A stretch of 59,508 nucleotides of DNA from an uncultured Phycisphaerales bacterium (GTDB lineage Bacteria > Planctomycetota > Phycisphaerae > Phycisphaerales > SM1A02): positions 1 through 59,508 of the forward strand of contig CALKEP010000013.1 of NCBI GenBank assembly GCA_938084645.1, in the 5' to 3' direction. The position numbers and the translations under genes were made by a program. Positions 56,771 through 59,508 of the stretch are shown piece by piece; the stretch's first letter is position 1; every line of letters starts with the position of its first letter. Below the pieces are notes generated by a model. It was given only the letters and a program-made list of their open reading frames with translations. It had not been told where the DNA came from and did no database searches.

Positions 56771-57140
56771 CGGTCTGCGTCTCCATCGTCGATCCCGCCG
56801 CCGCTTCCTGATCGAACACGAGGTCCATCGTCGTCCACCAGCCGCCATCGCCGGGATCCGCGGTCGGAATCCTCCGCTGGTACGGCCGCATGAGCGCGTC
56901 CCACTCCCGGCACCGCGGGTCCTCGGTGTAGGACTGGTAGTCGCGGGCCGGATCGAAGTCGTCGGCCGCCTCGAAGACCATGAAGAGCCTCGGACCGGTC
57001 CTCCAGATCCGCATGCCCCGAATGCCGATCGACCGGAGCCCGCGCAGGACTTCGGGCCACACCGAGGCGTGGTGGCGTTCGTATTCCGCGATCCGTTCGG
57101 GATCGTCGACGAGATCGAGGGTCTGGGCGAAGGTCTTCAC
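56763..57140 (-). CDS. L-rhamnose/L-fucose mutarotase (RhaM family)
   Basis: LDLVDDPERIAEYERHHASVWPEV...LFM...WDALMRPYQ...WTTMDLVF; GTG start 57140. Confidence 0.85.
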   Translation of the reverse strand: MKTFAQTLDLVDDPERIAEYERHHASVWPEVLRGLRSIGIRGMRIWRTGPRLFMVFEAADDFDPARDYQSYTEDPRCREWDALMRPYQRRIPTADPGDGGWWTTMDLVFDQEAAAGSTMETQTDD

Positions 57141-57202
57141 AGGGGCTCCGATGACCCAGCATACGAGCGTGAACGACACGAGGTCGCCGGTACCATCGAG
57201 GA

Positions 57203-59508
57203 ATGAGCGTTGATCCAGAGCACGATGCCGACCGCCGATTCGACCTGCTGGTCCTGACCGCGGCCGATTCACGACAGGCGGCGATCTACGAGCGGGCGGT
57301 GGGGCGGCTCCTCGATTGCGGCGTCCTTCCCGTCGACGACCTGCTCGTGGTTCCCGACCCCGGCGGACGGCGGGTCGGTTCGGGCGGCGCGACCCTCGAG
57401 GCGGCGGCACGGGCCGCGATGCATCTCCATGCCGGGCGTGCCGGGCTCGATCTCCACGCCATCTTCCGCGACCGTCGGGTGCTGGTGGTCCACTCCGGGG
57501 GGGAGACCCGCCGTCTTCCCGCGTTCGCCGGTCTGGGGAAGATCCTCCTTCCGCTCCCGGAGACCGGTCCGCTCGGCGGATCGCTGACCATGCTGGAGGC
57601 GATCGTCGCCGAGTCCGTCGCGTTGCCCGGTCCGCGGGATGGGCGGTTCATGGTGGTGACCGGCGATGCGGTGGTTCCGCTCCGTGCCACCACCAACGTC
57701 CATCTCGACCGGCCGGGAATCACGGGGGTGGCGCAGCGTGCGACGCTCGAGCGTGGTGGCCGGCACGGGGTGTACGTGGCGGACGACCAGGGGCGGCTGC
57801 TGGACATGTTGCAGAAGCCCGGGCCCGACGAGGTTCGGAAGGCGGGGGCGGTCGTGGGGGAAGAGGGTGTGGAGGAGCTGCTCGTCGACACCGGCGTGCT
57901 CTCGTTCGATCCGCCCTCGATCGCTCGCTGGCTCGAAGCGGCGGGCGTCACGATCGACCCGATCGGTCCGACGGTGGAACCCGGGCTGCTCGCGGCGATC
58001 CGCAGCGGCGAGACGGGCCCGGTCGAGTTGTATCACGAACTCCTGAAGGCCATTCCAGGCTCGGTGCCGGATGCCGACTTCGAATGCCTCGTCGAGGATG
58101 CCACCCGGCCGAAACGGGCGGTGATGCTGCGGGACTGGCGTTCCCGGGTGCTCGGCATGACGTTCCACGTCGACGTCGCGGACTCCGAGCCGTTCCTGCA
58201 TCCAGGCACGACGTCCGAGTTCATCGATCTCGTCTGCGCGGGTGTCGATGCGTCCGGCCCGATTCGACTCGATTCGACGAGTGGAGGGATCATCGCGGCC
58301 CGCGACAGCATCGTCGAGGCTTCGACGTTCAGCGAGGCCGACGTCACGTTGCGGGGCCGGAACCTCGTGAGCGGGATACCGGCGATCCGGGATCTCGAGA
58401 TGGATCTGCCCGGGGGTGGCTGCGTGTTCCTGATCCCGGTACGCGACGACGCGCGATCACGATGGATCGCCATCGCCCATCATGAGCACGATGATTTCAA
58501 GACCCGGATTCTCGACCAGGGGACCTTCGGCGGACGGGCGATGGACCATCCAGCGGTCCGGCGACGCCTCGAATCGGTGGCCGGTCGAACGCTCGATGAT
58601 GAACACACGCTCCGGGAGATCCCGATCTGGTCGGTGGGAACCGCGTCGGGCAGTCTGCGACACGCGATGGCGGTGCTTCGCGGCGAGGCGGTTCGCCGCG
58701 GTGCACGTCTCTCCTTCGCGGACGCGCTCGGGATGCTCGATCCCGGGCGGTTGCTCGATCATCGTGATCGTCTTCGGGCGGACGCGATCGAGCGGTCGGC
58801 GATCTCGATTCTCCGCGACCGTTCCGACCTCTCCGCCGACGCCCTTGCCTCGCTGGTGACGCCCCGACAGGCGGGACGGATCGCCGACGCGATCGAACGG
58901 GCGGTACCGGATCATGCGAAGGACGCCGTCTCCGCGCGGGTCGCGGCGGCGGGGCACCGGTTCGCAGAGCGGGCAGGACGCCGGTCGACGGACCGTGGCA
59001 TGCGGCGGGCGTTGGAGATCATCGGACGTTCGGTCGCGGAACCCGTCGAACCGATGTCGGATGCGACCACCGCGATCGTGCTCCGTGATCAGGCGGTCTG
59101 GGCCGCCTCGCCGGTGCGAATCGACTTCGCCGGTGGCTGGAGCGACACGCCACCCATCTGCAACGACGTCGGGGGCACGGTGGTGAATGCCGCGGTGCTC
59201 CTCCACGGGAAGCAACCGATCCAGGCCATGGCGAAGATCGTCGACGAACCGACGATCAACGTGCACAGCGTGGATCTCGGGCGGAGTCGGACCTTCACCA
59301 CCGCGCGATCCCTGCTCGCACCCGCGGATCCTTCCGACTGGACGACGCTGCCACGGGTCGCGCTTCGGCTCGCGGGAATCGTCCCCGTGGATCCGAGGGC
59401 GTCCCTTCGACGGCGGCTCGAACGCTTCGGCGGCGGCATCGTGCTCACGCTCTATTCCGCGGTGCCGAAGGGATCCGGGCTCGGGACCTCGTCCATTCTC
59501 GGCGCGAC
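57203..59508 (+). CDS. fkp: Bifunctional L-fucokinase / fucose-1-phosphate guanylyltransferase (3'-partial; absent from the ORF track)
   Basis: In one frame from ATG 57203: DLLVLTAA..QA..Y, VPDPGGRRVGSGGATL, HSGGETRRLP...GKILLPLP, SPVRIDFAGGWSDTPP and GHMP motif PKGSGLGTSS; runs off the window end. Confidence 0.85.
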   Translation, partial: MSVDPEHDADRRFDLLVLTAADSRQAAIYERAVGRLLDCGVLPVDDLLVVPDPGGRRVGSGGATLEAAARAAMHLHAGRAGLDLHAIFRDRRVLVVHSGGETRRLPAFAGLGKILLPLPETGPLGGSLTMLEAIVAESVALPGPRDGRFMVVTGDAVVPLRATTNVHLDRPGITGVAQRATLERGGRHGVYVADDQGRLLDMLQKPGPDEVRKAGAVVGEEGVEELLVDTGVLSFDPPSIARWLEAAGVTIDPIGPTVEPGLLAAIRSGETGPVELYHELLKAIPGSVPDADFECLVEDATRPKRAVMLRDWRSRVLGMTFHVDVADSEPFLHPGTTSEFIDLVCAGVDASGPIRLDSTSGGIIAARDSIVEASTFSEADVTLRGRNLVSGIPAIRDLEMDLPGGGCVFLIPVRDDARSRWIAIAHHEHDDFKTRILDQGTFGGRAMDHPAVRRRLESVAGRTLDDEHTLREIPIWSVGTASGSLRHAMAVLRGEAVRRGARLSFADALGMLDPGRLLDHRDRLRADAIERSAISILRDRSDLSADALASLVTPRQAGRIADAIERAVPDHAKDAVSARVAAAGHRFAERAGRRSTDRGMRRALEIIGRSVAEPVEPMSDATTAIVLRDQAVWAASPVRIDFAGGWSDTPPICNDVGGTVVNAAVLLHGKQPIQAMAKIVDEPTINVHSVDLGRSRTFTTARSLLAPADPSDWTTLPRVALRLAGIVPVDPRASLRRRLERFGGGIVLTLYSAVPKGSGLGTSSILGA

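Overview
High-GC chromosomal window, most likely from a planctomycete of the Phycisphaerales type. That placement is an inference from the DUF1559-type H-X9-DG prepilin, the 'DLNxDGxVxGADLGLLLxxWG' dockerin-like C-termini, the sulfatase and the long FlgL. In order, the window holds: a partial dockerin-tailed gene; four coupled pseudopilin/PilX-like genes; lptF/lptG; a PPIase; a sigma-54-type promoter ahead of flgI-flgJ-flgN-flgK-flgL-fliW-csrA and two flagellins; a sulfatase; an isolated rplKAJL operon (no nusG or rpoBC next to it); an M12-like metallopeptidase with PA14; an M20 amidohydrolase; a GGQ release-factor-like gene; tsaD; an S41 protease; hflX; a stand-alone MshEN protein; tRNA-Phe, -His and -Thr; pckA; nadE; mutL; moeA/moaD; an FAD/Fe-S oxidoreductase; a sugar mutarotase; and a partial fucokinase/GDP-fucose pyrophosphorylase that the ORF track misses. 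Three signals stand out. (1) A cobalamin riboswitch sits ahead of a secreted BtuH-like, dockerin-tailed protein coupled to a DUF1559-type pilin, a candidate pilin-associated B12 capture module with no BtuB/BtuCDF in the window. (2) Dense GGA-loop hairpins (CsrA-type sites) fill the leaders of fliW, csrA and both flagellins. (3) A recurring TAnnnT-N6..8-start codon pattern suggests many leaderless mRNAs. No CRISPR array, transposase, integrase or rRNA was seen. All calls come from reading motifs by eye; no searches were run.
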